Shown one piece after another: positions 20,144 through 30,673 of a stretch of DNA of 56,560 nt (positions are counted from its first letter, which is position 1; each line of letters starts with the position of its first letter). The stretch comes from Candidatus Thorarchaeota archaeon (GTDB taxonomy: Archaea > Asgardarchaeota > Thorarchaeia > Thorarchaeales > Thorarchaeaceae), in assembly GCA_048882045.1 (NCBI GenBank), contig JBHLRZ010000022.1, forward strand, positions 1 to 56,560. Reading direction: 5' to 3'. The position numbers were made by a program, and so were the translations under genes. The notes under the pieces were generated by a model that was not told the origin of the DNA, did no database searches, and saw nothing but the letters and a program-made list of their open reading frames with translations.

Positions 20144-21193
20144 TCCCATACCTCCGATTGTCAGCACTCCAGTCCCATCAGATTCCTTCTCCAATTCAAT
20201 CTGAACTCCCAAGATCTGCTCTGTTGCCCAGATGTTGGTCGTCAAGTGCGAAGTGATGTCTGAAACTCCAATCTTACTTGTACCTGATGCAATAGCCATA
20301 TACGGGACAAGCATATCGCACAGATGTGAATCAACAGCCATTCCTGATGAAACCTCTTTCACGAGTTTTGAACCTGCTGAACTTCCCACAACCTCAGCAC
20401 TCTTGCCACGTTCTCCCAGCATGTCTGAACCTAATCTGCTCCCGTACTCATCCTCCGCCCACAAAACGATTCCACTGCCAGGACCGAGATGAGGGTCATT
20501 GCCCTTGGGATAAGATTCGCGATTTATGTCTGATTTGATTGCTAGTTCATCAAGAATCGCATCGCTAGCTGACTTTGCCTGTCTGTCTGCAATATGTCCT
20601 GGTAAGCGAACACAATGCGAGATACCACTGACTGATCTAAGGTTTCCAAACTTGATGATGTCCTTGGACTCCACCGCACTAACAGGGACGACCTCACAGG
20701 ACACCATTCCCCCACCTCTTGGGTAGTGTCCTCTTCTCTTTTGTTCAATCTTGACCTTTGGTCCCATTCTTTCAATTGTTGGCACGAAAACGTTTGCCAT
20801 ATAGTCCACTGGAGGACTCCATTTCACGTCAGTTCCACCTCTTAGGTGAAGAGTCACAGAATCTGGTGACAGCACAGCTGGAGGGAGGACTGCTTGAAGA
20901 ACAAGGGAAATCGAACCAGCAGTACCTACATCATATTCGAAAATCCCTGATTGACGTTCACGAGGCACAAACTCGATATTTGTACTCCCGATTTCAAGTC
21001 CTTTTATCGTGGCATCGACAAGTGTTCCAGTCAGCTCGATACCTGCTATATGTTGTTTCTTGAGACCCGGCTTTGGTCTTCCTGCACGGATATTGGTGAT
21101 ACGAATTGGCTTCATTGTCAGGGCTGACAGTGCAACTGCTGTACGCAATATCTGACCACCACCCTCACCGTGCGAACCATCAATCTCAATCAT
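20132..21193 (-). CDS. rtcA: RNA 3'-terminal phosphate cyclase
   Basis: DGSHGEGGGQILR, RPKPGL, RGHYPRGGG, TSHLTTN. Confidence 0.95.
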   Translation of the reverse strand: MIEIDGSHGEGGGQILRTAVALSALTMKPIRITNIRAGRPKPGLKKQHIAGIELTGTLVDATIKGLEIGSTNIEFVPRERQSGIFEYDVGTAGSISLVLQAVLPPAVLSPDSVTLHLRGGTDVKWSPPVDYMANVFVPTIERMGPKVKIEQKRRGHYPRGGGMVSCEVVPVSAVESKDIIKFGNLRSVSGISHCVRLPGHIADRQAKSASDAILDELAIKSDINRESYPKGNDPHLGPGSGIVLWAEDEYGSRLGSDMLGERGKSAEVVGSSAGSKLVKEVSSGMAVDSHLCDMLVPYMAIASGTSKIGVSDITSHLTTNIWATEQILGVQIELEKESDGTGVLTIGGMGLSV

Positions 21194-21294
21194 TGAAATT
21201 TCCCTGTGGGAGAATCAATCACTCTGTTATGAACCTCTTCCTCCCCAGTCCCAAGCCTTATTTGGCTCACAGGTCCCCACAAAGAGCGTTCACG

Positions 21295-21819
21295 ATGAAG
21301 TCACTATTCATAGGGCGATTCCAGCCAATCCACAAGGGTCACATCCACACAATCAAGCAGATTCTGGAGAAGAAAGAAGACATCGTCATCGTCGTTGGCA
21401 GCTCACAGTACTCACATACACCTGATAACCCCTTCACTGGCGGAGAGAGAGTGATGCTCATTCGACGTGCACTGATTGACGAGAATCTCCCTCTTGACCG
21501 TATCACTGTAGTTCCACTCTCAGACATAAACATCCACCCGCTCTGGGTGAGTCACATGCGATCATTTGTGCCCTACTTCGACAAGGCCTATAGTCACAAT
21601 CCACTTGTGAAGAGACTCCTTGAAGAAGGCGGCATCAAGACCGACTCAACAAAGCTCTTGGAGCGTTCGACATACAGCGCAAGCCATATTCGGGATCTCA
21701 TAAGGTGGGGCAACGAAGAATGGGAAACGCTTGTTCCTGTTGGAGTGGTCGAATTGATCAAGAAATACAAACTAGATGACCGAATTCGTGAAGTCGGTGA
21801 AATTCGTACAAAGCGTTGA
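21295..21819 (+). CDS. nadM: nicotinamide-nucleotide adenylyltransferase
   Basis: FIGRFQPIHKGH, NPFTGGER. Confidence 0.9.
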   Translation: MKSLFIGRFQPIHKGHIHTIKQILEKKEDIVIVVGSSQYSHTPDNPFTGGERVMLIRRALIDENLPLDRITVVPLSDINIHPLWVSHMRSFVPYFDKAYSHNPLVKRLLEEGGIKTDSTKLLERSTYSASHIRDLIRWGNEEWETLVPVGVVELIKKYKLDDRIREVGEIRTKR

Positions 21820-21963
21820 AAACATGGTAGTCTTTAAATACAAACCAAGATGAGGATGAGTTGGTGAACGTCAATGCTAGGTGAACACGTTCCGAATCAA
21901 TAGAACACTAATTCTCAGTCCTAGTCAAAACCATGTAAAACAACTCAGACAGAGGATAATATC

Positions 21964-23442
21964 ATGAACAGTCAAAAGAACGATGCCAAAACTGTCATCT
22001 TCGACATAGACAAGGAGAACAACTTTCCTGATTGGTATACAGAAATAGTTCGAGTGGCAGAGCTTGCGGATGTTAGATACGGTGTCAAAGGGTTCACTCC
22101 TTACCCTCCATGGAGCACAATGAGTATGAACCTGATGTTTGACATTCTGGAAGAGGTCCTTCAGAGAAAGGGCCACTTGCCGATGATATTTCCTACGGTC
22201 ATTCCAGAAGCAAACCTTAGGAAAGAAGCCAATCACATTGAAGGCTTCACTCCACAGGTTTTCTGGATCTCTGAGATTGGCGATGGCGAGAAGCTAGAAG
22301 AGCGCTTGGCTCTTAGACCTACCAGTGAAACTGCCCTCTATCCTATGTATTCACTATGGATACGAAGCTGGCGAGATGTACCTCTCAAACGATATCAGCG
22401 TGTTTCTGTCTTCAGGTCTGAGGTTAAGAGTACCCGTCCTTTTCTACGAGGACGGGAATTCCTATGGATTGAGAGTCACAATGTCTTCTCATCACATGAA
22501 GAGGTAAAAGCTCAGGTCTTAGAAGACATTGAAATTACAAAGGAGGTCTGTACTGACAACTTCGGTCTACCTCTGATGGTGTTTCGAAGGACACAGTGGG
22601 ACAAGTTTCCAGGCGGTCTTAACACATACGCCGCAGATACTCTCATGCCTGATGGCAAGGTTATCCAACTGCCTTCTACTCATGACCTCGGCGACAACTT
22701 TGCAAGGGCTTTCGACATCAAATTCCTGAACAAGGACAATGAAACCGTATATGCTTGGCAGACATGCTATGGGCCTGCAATATCCAGAATCTATGGCGCA
22801 ATGATATCGGTCCATGGTGACAACAAGGGTCTCCGACTACCCTTCAAAGTCGCCCCCTATCAGGTAGTCGTTATTCCTATCTTCAAAGGAAAGGATGTTG
22901 ATGTAGTCCTGAAATACTGCAATGACATCGTGAAGAAGTTGAAGAAGGCCGGATTTAGAGTCCATCTAGACGACTGTGATGAAACTCCTGGTTGGAAGTA
23001 CAACTACTGGGAAATGAAAGGAGTGCCAATACGCATCGAAGCTGGTCCCCGTGACATCAAACAGAACAAGGTTGTTCTATTCCGTAGGGACACGATGAAG
23101 CGAGAAGCTGTCGATTTTAAGGACATAAAGAAGAAAGTCGCATCTCTTGGAAAAGAGATTGATGAATATCTTCTCAAGACTGCAGAGTCCAAGTTCGACG
23201 GTCTTGTAGTGGATGCTGAGCGATTCGGTGAGATTGATGATGCCCTCGACAAGGGGAAGATTGCACGAGTACCCTTCTGTTCAATAGAGATGGATGCATA
23301 CTCCTGTGCCGAACAGATAGAGAAGAACACCCGTGGTGAGATTCGTGGCACGCGGATGGACATCGACGAAGAACCCGAAGGTCTTTGTGTAGCTTGTGGA
23401 AAGGTAGCAAAAGAGGTCGTCTACGTCGCACGGTCCTATTAG
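21964..23442 (+). CDS. proS: proline--tRNA ligase (archaeal/eukaryotic type)
   Basis: LALRPTSET, RPFLRGREFLWIE, QTCYG, C-terminal ARSY. Confidence 0.95.
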   Translation: MNSQKNDAKTVIFDIDKENNFPDWYTEIVRVAELADVRYGVKGFTPYPPWSTMSMNLMFDILEEVLQRKGHLPMIFPTVIPEANLRKEANHIEGFTPQVFWISEIGDGEKLEERLALRPTSETALYPMYSLWIRSWRDVPLKRYQRVSVFRSEVKSTRPFLRGREFLWIESHNVFSSHEEVKAQVLEDIEITKEVCTDNFGLPLMVFRRTQWDKFPGGLNTYAADTLMPDGKVIQLPSTHDLGDNFARAFDIKFLNKDNETVYAWQTCYGPAISRIYGAMISVHGDNKGLRLPFKVAPYQVVVIPIFKGKDVDVVLKYCNDIVKKLKKAGFRVHLDDCDETPGWKYNYWEMKGVPIRIEAGPRDIKQNKVVLFRRDTMKREAVDFKDIKKKVASLGKEIDEYLLKTAESKFDGLVVDAERFGEIDDALDKGKIARVPFCSIEMDAYSCAEQIEKNTRGEIRGTRMDIDEEPEGLCVACGKVAKEVVYVARSY

Positions 23443-23451
23443 AGTAACAAA

Positions 23452-23484
23452 CCATGGTTTTCCTAAATGAGTGGAAAACCATGG
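23452..23484. terminator. 12-bp perfect hairpin after proS
   Basis: ccatggttttcc / ggaaaaccatgg. Confidence 0.45.
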
Positions 23485-23508
23485 AACAACCATCATGGAG
23501 TTGAGTGA

Positions 23509-24492
23509 TTGAAGGTACTGGTTCCCTATCCTGATGAACTTGTCAAGATTTTCAAAGACATAATTGGTGATCAGGCTGAAGTTGTTCAGTCAGAACGGTC
23601 GGTCGAGTCGATGCTTGAAAATGGTGGCGATGCTGAAATAGTAGCGTCTGTCATTGTCCCTGGTGAGTACATTCAGAATGCATCGAATCTTCGCATGATT
23701 CAAACATTTGGAGCTGGAATCGATAGAGTAGATATTTATGCTGTAATAAACCGTGGTGATGTCATTGTCTGTAACAATCATGCAAACTCTGCTGAAGTAG
23801 CTGAGTTTGCCATTTCACTACTCTTCGCAGTTGCCAAAAACCTGATTCCAAGTGACCGAGAACTGAGGGCTGGGAATTGGGTCCATAGATGGGGTGGTCC
23901 TGTTCATAATCTTGAGATTCGAGGGAAGAAAGTTCTCATCATTGGACTTGGTCACATTGGCGCTGACATAGCCAAGAAATTGAAGTCCTTTGATGTCACA
24001 ATTACTGCTGCGACTCGTAGCGGAACCTCAAGCAATGAAGGTCTTGTAGACAAGATAGTTAGTATTGGCGAAGTAAACCATCAGGTCGGAAACTCAGACT
24101 TCGTGATCCTATCCCTGCCCCTTACAGACGAGTCTGTGGGTCTTGTTGATAGAGAGTTTCTTTCTCGGATGAAACCGACCTCCATCTTAGTGAACATATC
24201 TCGTGGTCAAATCATCGATGAAAAGGCACTCTATGACGCGTTAAAGGAGAAACAGATCTATGGTGCAGGAATTGATGTATGGTGGAGATATCCCTCAGAA
24301 TGGCGCGGAAGGACAATCCCACCTTCGGACATACCATTCCACGAGCTCGATAATATTGTTGTAACGCCTCACAGAGCTGCCTATTCAAAACCTGTTGAAC
24401 GTGAACTGTTCCTTTTCGCAGCTAAAAACATTCTCAGATTCATTCAAGGTGAAACCCCACACAACATCATCGACCCCAAACGAGGATATTAG
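23509..24492 (+). CDS. D-2-hydroxyacid dehydrogenase
   Basis: IIGLGHIG, LVNISRG, TPHRA. Confidence 0.9.
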   Translation: MKVLVPYPDELVKIFKDIIGDQAEVVQSERSVESMLENGGDAEIVASVIVPGEYIQNASNLRMIQTFGAGIDRVDIYAVINRGDVIVCNNHANSAEVAEFAISLLFAVAKNLIPSDRELRAGNWVHRWGGPVHNLEIRGKKVLIIGLGHIGADIAKKLKSFDVTITAATRSGTSSNEGLVDKIVSIGEVNHQVGNSDFVILSLPLTDESVGLVDREFLSRMKPTSILVNISRGQIIDEKALYDALKEKQIYGAGIDVWWRYPSEWRGRTIPPSDIPFHELDNIVVTPHRAAYSKPVERELFLFAAKNILRFIQGETPHNIIDPKRGY

Positions 24493-24659
24493 CAATCAAG
24501 CGTAAAAAAGTAGGAGAACTTCAACCCTTTCATCGTATCAAATTGTAATAGGGAGCTGTCTTCATGGCGCGTTCAATGTACCTCAGTGAGTCAGAGAGTC
24601 AAGACTTTAAGGACAATATCACTCATCGCAGAAGAAACAATCAATCGGGGAACATCATT

Positions 24660-26849
24660 TTGACCCTAGAGAGTCTGTCTGACATTCCTGGTGTAGGTGA
24701 GAAGGTAAAACAATCGCTGATCGAACACTTCGGTAGCGAGGCTGTAGCATTAAAGGTGATTCATGACTCGCGTGTAGACTTGGTGGCCGCTGTTCCTGGT
24801 ATTGGATCTCGACAGGCGGTGAACCTCGTGAAAGGAGCCTTCGAGCATGAGTTTGGTGCGACATCCAATATGCTTCTACGAAGTGTTGACATTCGCAAAA
24901 TCTACGAAGCAAGCCTCGACATCATCAGAGGCTATGCAAACACTACCTATGCCAAGGACAAACTATTTCTGTACTTCCCACTTCCCCCGGAGAAGACTGA
25001 TGTTATTCTCGAGCGACAAAAGTACTTTGCAGATGCAAGTGACATGGCTAAAGACCTCTCAACAGACCAAAGAGAGCATCTGAAGACCCTGTTGAGTCAG
25101 GTCAGGGGTCTCTACCGTAGAGTCAAACCACGAAGAATTGAGGGTCGCGTTATCATTACAAATGACGACAAGGTCTTTGACGTCCTCATTAAGGAGGGTG
25201 TAGACAGATGGTGTCCAGTCTATGTCCTGTCAGATGGAGAGAGCGGTGCAGACTATGCACAGGGCTATGACCTAGTGATGTACATCTCTCCCCTTGGAGT
25301 ATATGACGAGTCGATAGACCTCTTGGACAATGTAGAAATCCTAGGGAAAGACTGGTCCATCGAAGATGTAGTTCCTGAGAAGACAGTCAGTTTCTATGCC
25401 CGTAACTATCGCGTCATCGATGCATCTTGCCAGTTAGTAGAAGCATTCAATGATATTCCCTCCAATACCTCTGTTTCTACATTCACTTCAGCTCTGGACT
25501 TTGAACGACTGAACAAGGTAGGAGAGATTTTGAAAAACCTTGACGAGGATGGAGACCTCGCTCAAGGCATTGATTCTGAGCTTGACAGATATCGTCATGC
25601 GGTGAAGGTGTATCCAACTGCTGTGGCTGAAACTGAAGCTTGGTTGAATGAAGAGATCACATCACGAATCTCTAAGAGCCAAGTCACCCTCGGTGGCCAA
25701 CAGATAATTAGCATCCTCCAGTCTGCTGACATGGAAGGAGCTGACGGTAGTGCTCTGAGGAACATGTTGCCTGCTGAGATTGTTGAAACGTTCACAACCA
25801 CACTCCAAGAGGCTGAGGACAAACTTGTCCAGATGCTAAATCTCACAGCCAGAGAAGCTGACTGGGTTACTGGTATCATTAGTGAGGAGATATCACTCCC
25901 AGTCAAGATGGTGGTGACTCAGATCAATGATCTAGAAGATCGACTTAGGCGGATATTCGCAGAGAAGCAGTTCCGTCTAATCAAGAAGTTTGCGAACGAA
26001 CTCGATGAACTGAAGACTGTAGTGACACAGGCAGTCCAGACCTTGCTCGAGTTTGATCTCTTCTTGGCAGTAGGACTCTTCTCGACCGATTACAAACTGA
26101 AGACTCCTGATATCAATCGTGAATACTCTGGTGTAGGTGTAAAGGGAGCAACCAATCTATTCCTTACCGAGAGTTACATCAAGGGGAAGCATGGAGAGGT
26201 CCAAGCAATTGATTATGCCATTGGTAAGACCCCCTTCCAACCATCAGGAACCAACGGCGAGAACTGTGCCATTCTATCAGGGGCCAACAGTGGTGGGAAA
26301 ACTACTACGATCCAGACACTTGCCCAGATAGTCACATTGGCCCAGTCAGGATTTCCAGTCCCCGCGGAGAAGGCTTACCTTCCAGTGTTCGAAGAGCTGT
26401 ACTTCTTTTACAAGAGTAGAGGAATGGTTAGCGCTGGTGCGTTTGAAACAACTCTCAAACAGTTTGCGGAGATTGTAGTTTCTGAAAAGTCGAAACTCGC
26501 TCTCTTCGATGAAGTAGAGGCAATCACAGAACCTGGTAGTGCCGCAAACGTGATTGCAGGACTGATTGAGATTCTACAGAGTGATCCAAACACATCTACT
26601 GTAATTTGCAGCCATTTAGCCAAAGAGATCGAAGAAGTCACTGAGGTGCCAGTAAGAATAGATGGTATCGAGGCGCGAGGTCTTGATGAGGAACTCAACC
26701 TTGTAGTGGACCGGACACCAAGGTTTGGTGTCTTGGCACGAAGTACTCCCGAGCTCATTGTCGAACGTCTTTCGAAACTAGCAAAAAGTCCAAAGAAGGA
26801 AGTCTATACAAAGATTCTGGACAATCTTACCAAGGATCGAAACAAATGA
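24660..26849 (+). CDS. archaeal MutS-family ATPase with N-terminal HhH (MutS5-like)
   Basis: IPGVGEK HhH; LSGANSGGKTT Walker A; AGAFE; LFDEVEAITEPG. Confidence 0.85.
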   Translation: MTLESLSDIPGVGEKVKQSLIEHFGSEAVALKVIHDSRVDLVAAVPGIGSRQAVNLVKGAFEHEFGATSNMLLRSVDIRKIYEASLDIIRGYANTTYAKDKLFLYFPLPPEKTDVILERQKYFADASDMAKDLSTDQREHLKTLLSQVRGLYRRVKPRRIEGRVIITNDDKVFDVLIKEGVDRWCPVYVLSDGESGADYAQGYDLVMYISPLGVYDESIDLLDNVEILGKDWSIEDVVPEKTVSFYARNYRVIDASCQLVEAFNDIPSNTSVSTFTSALDFERLNKVGEILKNLDEDGDLAQGIDSELDRYRHAVKVYPTAVAETEAWLNEEITSRISKSQVTLGGQQIISILQSADMEGADGSALRNMLPAEIVETFTTTLQEAEDKLVQMLNLTAREADWVTGIISEEISLPVKMVVTQINDLEDRLRRIFAEKQFRLIKKFANELDELKTVVTQAVQTLLEFDLFLAVGLFSTDYKLKTPDINREYSGVGVKGATNLFLTESYIKGKHGEVQAIDYAIGKTPFQPSGTNGENCAILSGANSGGKTTTIQTLAQIVTLAQSGFPVPAEKAYLPVFEELYFFYKSRGMVSAGAFETTLKQFAEIVVSEKSKLALFDEVEAITEPGSAANVIAGLIEILQSDPNTSTVICSHLAKEIEEVTEVPVRIDGIEARGLDEELNLVVDRTPRFGVLARSTPELIVERLSKLAKSPKKEVYTKILDNLTKDRNK

Positions 26850-27421
26850 GTCAACGTGTGCTGGTCTTCGGGGATGCCCATATCCCATCAAGAAGAGATT
26901 CTATTCCAAAGGAATTCTATACTCACATAGAGAAGACCAGCTATGATCTAGCTCTAATAACTGGAGACCTTACACGAGAACATGACATGTATGCAGCCTT
27001 TCCTCCATTACCTCGTTGTTTCACTGTTATTGGAAACATGGACTATGGGAGTCAGTACAATTTTCACGAACAGATTCAGTTGGATGATTTCAATGTCCTA
27101 CTACTGCATGGTACACAGTTGCGTCCACGTGGGAACATCAAACAACTCCGGGAGATAACTCAAGAAATTGGCGCTGACATAGCGATTCATGGACATACCC
27201 ACATCGCCTCAATTGATATTTACAAAGACAAGCTGTTCTTGAACCCCGGAACCGTTTCCGGAGCCACTGGAGGTTGGGCTGGAAAGACAGATGCCAGTTT
27301 CATCGAGCTCGTAGTGGACAAAAGCTCACTTGAAGTACGGCTTTTCTACACAGACTGGAAGATAGTGAAAGAATCTGAAACACTCTATGAGAAACAAGGC
27401 GGCCTAATGGTTAGAGTCTAG
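26846..27421 (+). CDS. YfcE/Vps29-like metallophosphoesterase
   Basis: GDAHIPSR, TGDL, GNMD, HG, GHTH, NPG. Confidence 0.85.
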   Translation: MSQRVLVFGDAHIPSRRDSIPKEFYTHIEKTSYDLALITGDLTREHDMYAAFPPLPRCFTVIGNMDYGSQYNFHEQIQLDDFNVLLLHGTQLRPRGNIKQLREITQEIGADIAIHGHTHIASIDIYKDKLFLNPGTVSGATGGWAGKTDASFIELVVDKSSLEVRLFYTDWKIVKESETLYEKQGGLMVRV

Positions 27422-27999
27422 TAGTCACCCCACGGGTCCGGACTAAGGAGTCGCATGTAGAGTTGCTCCAATATGATTGAACTCTGTGCCAGAGCTCTCT
27501 GTACAATTTTGCTCCTTTCAACCTTTTTTGAGCCTCCCCCTCTGAGCTTGCCCTTCTTCTGGGTCTTGACCTTCTCAGGAGTCACTTTTCCAATCTCTTC
27601 CTCAGGATAGATGTCTCGTGTGAATTTTAGTCCGGTGAAGAATGAAGACAAAGTTTCCCTGATTACAAGGTCATCAACAGAATCTCCCTTCATCTCTGCA
27701 ACATCATCAAGTGCTCTCTTCCTGAGATGGGTAGATACTATAGCCTGAATCTCTTCTGCAAGATTTCGGTTCATACCACAGGCGATACCGATATTTATCA
27801 TGAGTATCCTAATCCGGTCAAGAATTACTCCTGGGTTGTCCTTTGCGACGTTTTTCCCCCTCATGGAAACAAGCCAATCTTCGTAGGTTTCATTGACACT
27901 ACGCAGGTCCTCCTCAAACTGGACCACTTTTTTCATCTCGCCTGGTGGTATCAACGTACACCAGACGGCCATTGAAACGTGGTTGTCGTCGGATGACAT
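27418..27999 (-). CDS. hypothetical protein
   Basis: 193-aa ORF, overlaps the stop of its convergent neighbour. Confidence 0.7.
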   Translation of the reverse strand: MSSDDNHVSMAVWCTLIPPGEMKKVVQFEEDLRSVNETYEDWLVSMRGKNVAKDNPGVILDRIRILMINIGIACGMNRNLAEEIQAIVSTHLRKRALDDVAEMKGDSVDDLVIRETLSSFFTGLKFTRDIYPEEEIGKVTPEKVKTQKKGKLRGGGSKKVERSKIVQRALAQSSIILEQLYMRLLSPDPWGDY

Positions 28000-28091
28000 G
28001 AATTAGACAATCAATCATCCGTTTTCAGTATTGCGTGCTTAAGCTCTTTCTAATAGGCAAGTGGTCATCACATCTCAGTGTGGTGTACTAA

Positions 28092-28358
28092 TTGCCCAAG
28101 TACAAGGTGACGATTGAGATAATCGATATTCTGGGGACTGGTAAATGTTCAATGGACCAGCAAGTCGGTGACACCTTTGAATATCCTGAGGACAGAGGGA
28201 AAATGTGTCCGAGCTCATTCTACGTTTTGTATCCTTGGATTATGGTGATGTTGTCTGGAGGAAGCCTTTGGGGTTCAGAGGACTTCATGACATCTGGATG
28301 TCCAGACTATCGGCATCAGGTGGTCTACAAGATATCCCGAAAGGTTGTTGAGGAATAG
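28092..28358 (+). CDS. TIGR04076-like protein
   Basis: GKC.....GDTF, MCPSSF..LYP, CPD motifs. Confidence 0.7.
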   Translation: MPKYKVTIEIIDILGTGKCSMDQQVGDTFEYPEDRGKMCPSSFYVLYPWIMVMLSGGSLWGSEDFMTSGCPDYRHQVVYKISRKVVEE

Positions 28359-28374
28359 GGACTTCTCTAGTCAT

Positions 28375-28743
28375 ATGCACGACAAGTATTCCATTGGCAC
28401 TGAGATTGAATTTGGACCACTTGAGATGATTGACATACCCGCAATGATTGAAGAGAGCAAGAAGAAATGGCAGAACTACTCTCTCTGTGAGGTCAATGAT
28501 TGTGTTGTACGACTTGGAGTTATTCACGGGGAGTTCCACTGGCACAAACACGAAAATGAGGACGAGTTCTTTTACGTGATCAAGGGGAAGCTCCACATAG
28601 ACCTAGAAGGTACGACCCTTGATTTGCTACCTGGACAGGGATTCATGGTTCCCAGGAAGGTTCAACATCGCACAAGAGCACCAGAACGCACATCTATCCT
28701 GATGGTAGAGGGTAAAACAGTGACTGCAACCGGCGATGTCTAG
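28375..28743 (+). CDS. cupin domain protein
   Basis: GEFHWHKHENEDEFFYV, VPRKVQHR. Confidence 0.85.
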   Translation: MHDKYSIGTEIEFGPLEMIDIPAMIEESKKKWQNYSLCEVNDCVVRLGVIHGEFHWHKHENEDEFFYVIKGKLHIDLEGTTLDLLPGQGFMVPRKVQHRTRAPERTSILMVEGKTVTATGDV

Positions 28744-28800
28744 TTTCATCAATCACAAGAAATAGTAGGAACTTCAAACAAACAGTCAGCTGGGTATACA

Positions 28801-29004
28801 ATGAGAAAAGAATCGTTAAAACTGATCATCGAAGCTCTGCTGGTTTCAGCGATGTGGATATCCACACTCACACCTATCATTCTGATTGGCTATTCATTCC
28901 CAGTTGTGTACTTGATTCTCTTCGTAGGACTCACCCTCTCTCTGATTGGTGACATCTCATTAGAACTCTACAAACGAAAAAAAGGTCTGCCACTTAGTCC
29001 GTGA
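28801..29004 (+). CDS. small membrane protein
   Basis: two hydrophobic helices. Confidence 0.5.
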   Translation: MRKESLKLIIEALLVSAMWISTLTPIILIGYSFPVVYLILFVGLTLSLIGDISLELYKRKKGLPLSP

Positions 29005-29043
29005 GGATACAAGACTGAGAAGAGCTAGCGCCGCATATTAAAA

Positions 29044-30561
29044 TCACGTGACAATCACATCTGGAAACTTTGTGATTATGATATCGTTGAGATACCTCAT
29101 GCTGGGATTTTTGGCTACGTCTCGGACGTCTTTCAGTATCTTTCGAACATCGTCATACTTACCCTGTCTGTATCGAAGCTTGGCCTTGAGAATCATTGAT
29201 TGGGCGGCAACACCAGGTATGTCATATTCTTGCACATGCCCCTCAAGTTTCTTCATCCAAGGTCCAGACGAATCATGATTCTCATGTAATGATGTATCTG
29301 TAAGCGTGTCAATTTCCATTTCTGTAAGATTCAGTAGGCATATGTTTTGAAATAGTAGAATGATATTCTCAGCATTGGAATCAAGCGCTTTTTTGAAGTT
29401 TATTACAGCGTTTTCAAAGCGTTCCTCTGCTTTATCAAACAGCCCTTCGATTATGTTGTACCAAATCATTTGCATGCTATCGCCGGACTTCAATACATGT
29501 TTTTGAAGAATCTCTATCGCTTTTTCCGCTTCTGTATACCTTCCAAGATTGATCAGAGCCCAGGCCTGTTGTGCTCGAGCATATGGAAGCAAAGTATGTG
29601 GCGCCTCTTCTGGAGTGAACACCTCTCCTGCAAATTTCAAAGCCTTCTCCCCATTTCCACTCAGATTGTAATATAATGAAATCATGGCGTTAATCATGGG
29701 CGCTGATCTGCCAAGTGCCTCTTGATTTGCCTTGTATTCGCATTGATACTCGGCTGCGGCATCATACTCTCCCCTCATCCCCATGATGTGCCCCATTTGA
29801 TGCTGAACAAGACCAATCAGAGACTCAGACCCTAGTTCTTCACCCAGTATCTTTGCAGTAACTGTCATATCTATTGCTTTTTGGAGATCGGTGTGCTTTG
29901 TCAAGCCAGCAAGCTTCATAAGAATAGATGCAACAGTGACTCCATCATTGAACTTCCTAGCTATTGCCAATGCTTGTCTTAGATGGGCTATTTCCTCTCT
30001 TCTTAGATTATCTTTCTCGAATCTTGCTGCTGCTATCCGGAGGAGATATAGTTCAAAATACTGCATCTCGCTGTTCTCTTTCACAGCAGCTGAAATCACA
30101 TCAAGTGACCTGACCTCTGTATCAGCTTCAGTAAAGAAACCAACGGTAATCAGTCTCCATGTAAGGTACAGATGACTAGCTATCCAGTCATTGGGTGCTG
30201 CACTAAGGGCGCTCATAAGGGACTCCTTCATTTCGCCCCACTTTATGCTGGCGCCTCTATCTATCTTGGTAAACAGAAGGAGCGGTCTGGCCAAGTCGGA
30301 CACTTTGCCTGCTACTTCTAATCTATCAATCAGATTGTAGTTCTCAATCTTATAAGCAAACAAGAATGCCAGGTACTCCATCACTGGAGATGAAGACTCA
30401 GAGATGACCCTGTCACAGAGCTTCTCTGTGAAGTCAGAATAGTTCTCTGCCTTGTCCATTACCACCTCAAGGGTGCTCCTTGTCTTCTCATCGACATATG
30501 GAAAACACACTGTTATTGTGCCAACTGGCTTCAAGCCTACCGCTTCCCTTTCAGAGCTCAA
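29044..30561 (-). CDS. TPR-like alpha-solenoid protein, paralogue 1
   Basis: PVGTITVCFPYVDE N-terminus, TPR-like helices; highly similar to the next two ORFs. Confidence 0.8.
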   Translation of the reverse strand: MSSEREAVGLKPVGTITVCFPYVDEKTRSTLEVVMDKAENYSDFTEKLCDRVISESSSPVMEYLAFLFAYKIENYNLIDRLEVAGKVSDLARPLLLFTKIDRGASIKWGEMKESLMSALSAAPNDWIASHLYLTWRLITVGFFTEADTEVRSLDVISAAVKENSEMQYFELYLLRIAAARFEKDNLRREEIAHLRQALAIARKFNDGVTVASILMKLAGLTKHTDLQKAIDMTVTAKILGEELGSESLIGLVQHQMGHIMGMRGEYDAAAEYQCEYKANQEALGRSAPMINAMISLYYNLSGNGEKALKFAGEVFTPEEAPHTLLPYARAQQAWALINLGRYTEAEKAIEILQKHVLKSGDSMQMIWYNIIEGLFDKAEERFENAVINFKKALDSNAENIILLFQNICLLNLTEMEIDTLTDTSLHENHDSSGPWMKKLEGHVQEYDIPGVAAQSMILKAKLRYRQGKYDDVRKILKDVRDVAKNPSMRYLNDIIITKFPDVIVT

Positions 30562-30673
30562 ATTAACTAATGTTAACTCTCCACTTCAATGTTTTGGACG
30601 ATTCTGCCGATGAAACTGCTGTCGTATTAGAGAAGAGTACAGAATAAGGTCTCTGCCGTTCAGAATCTGAAGA

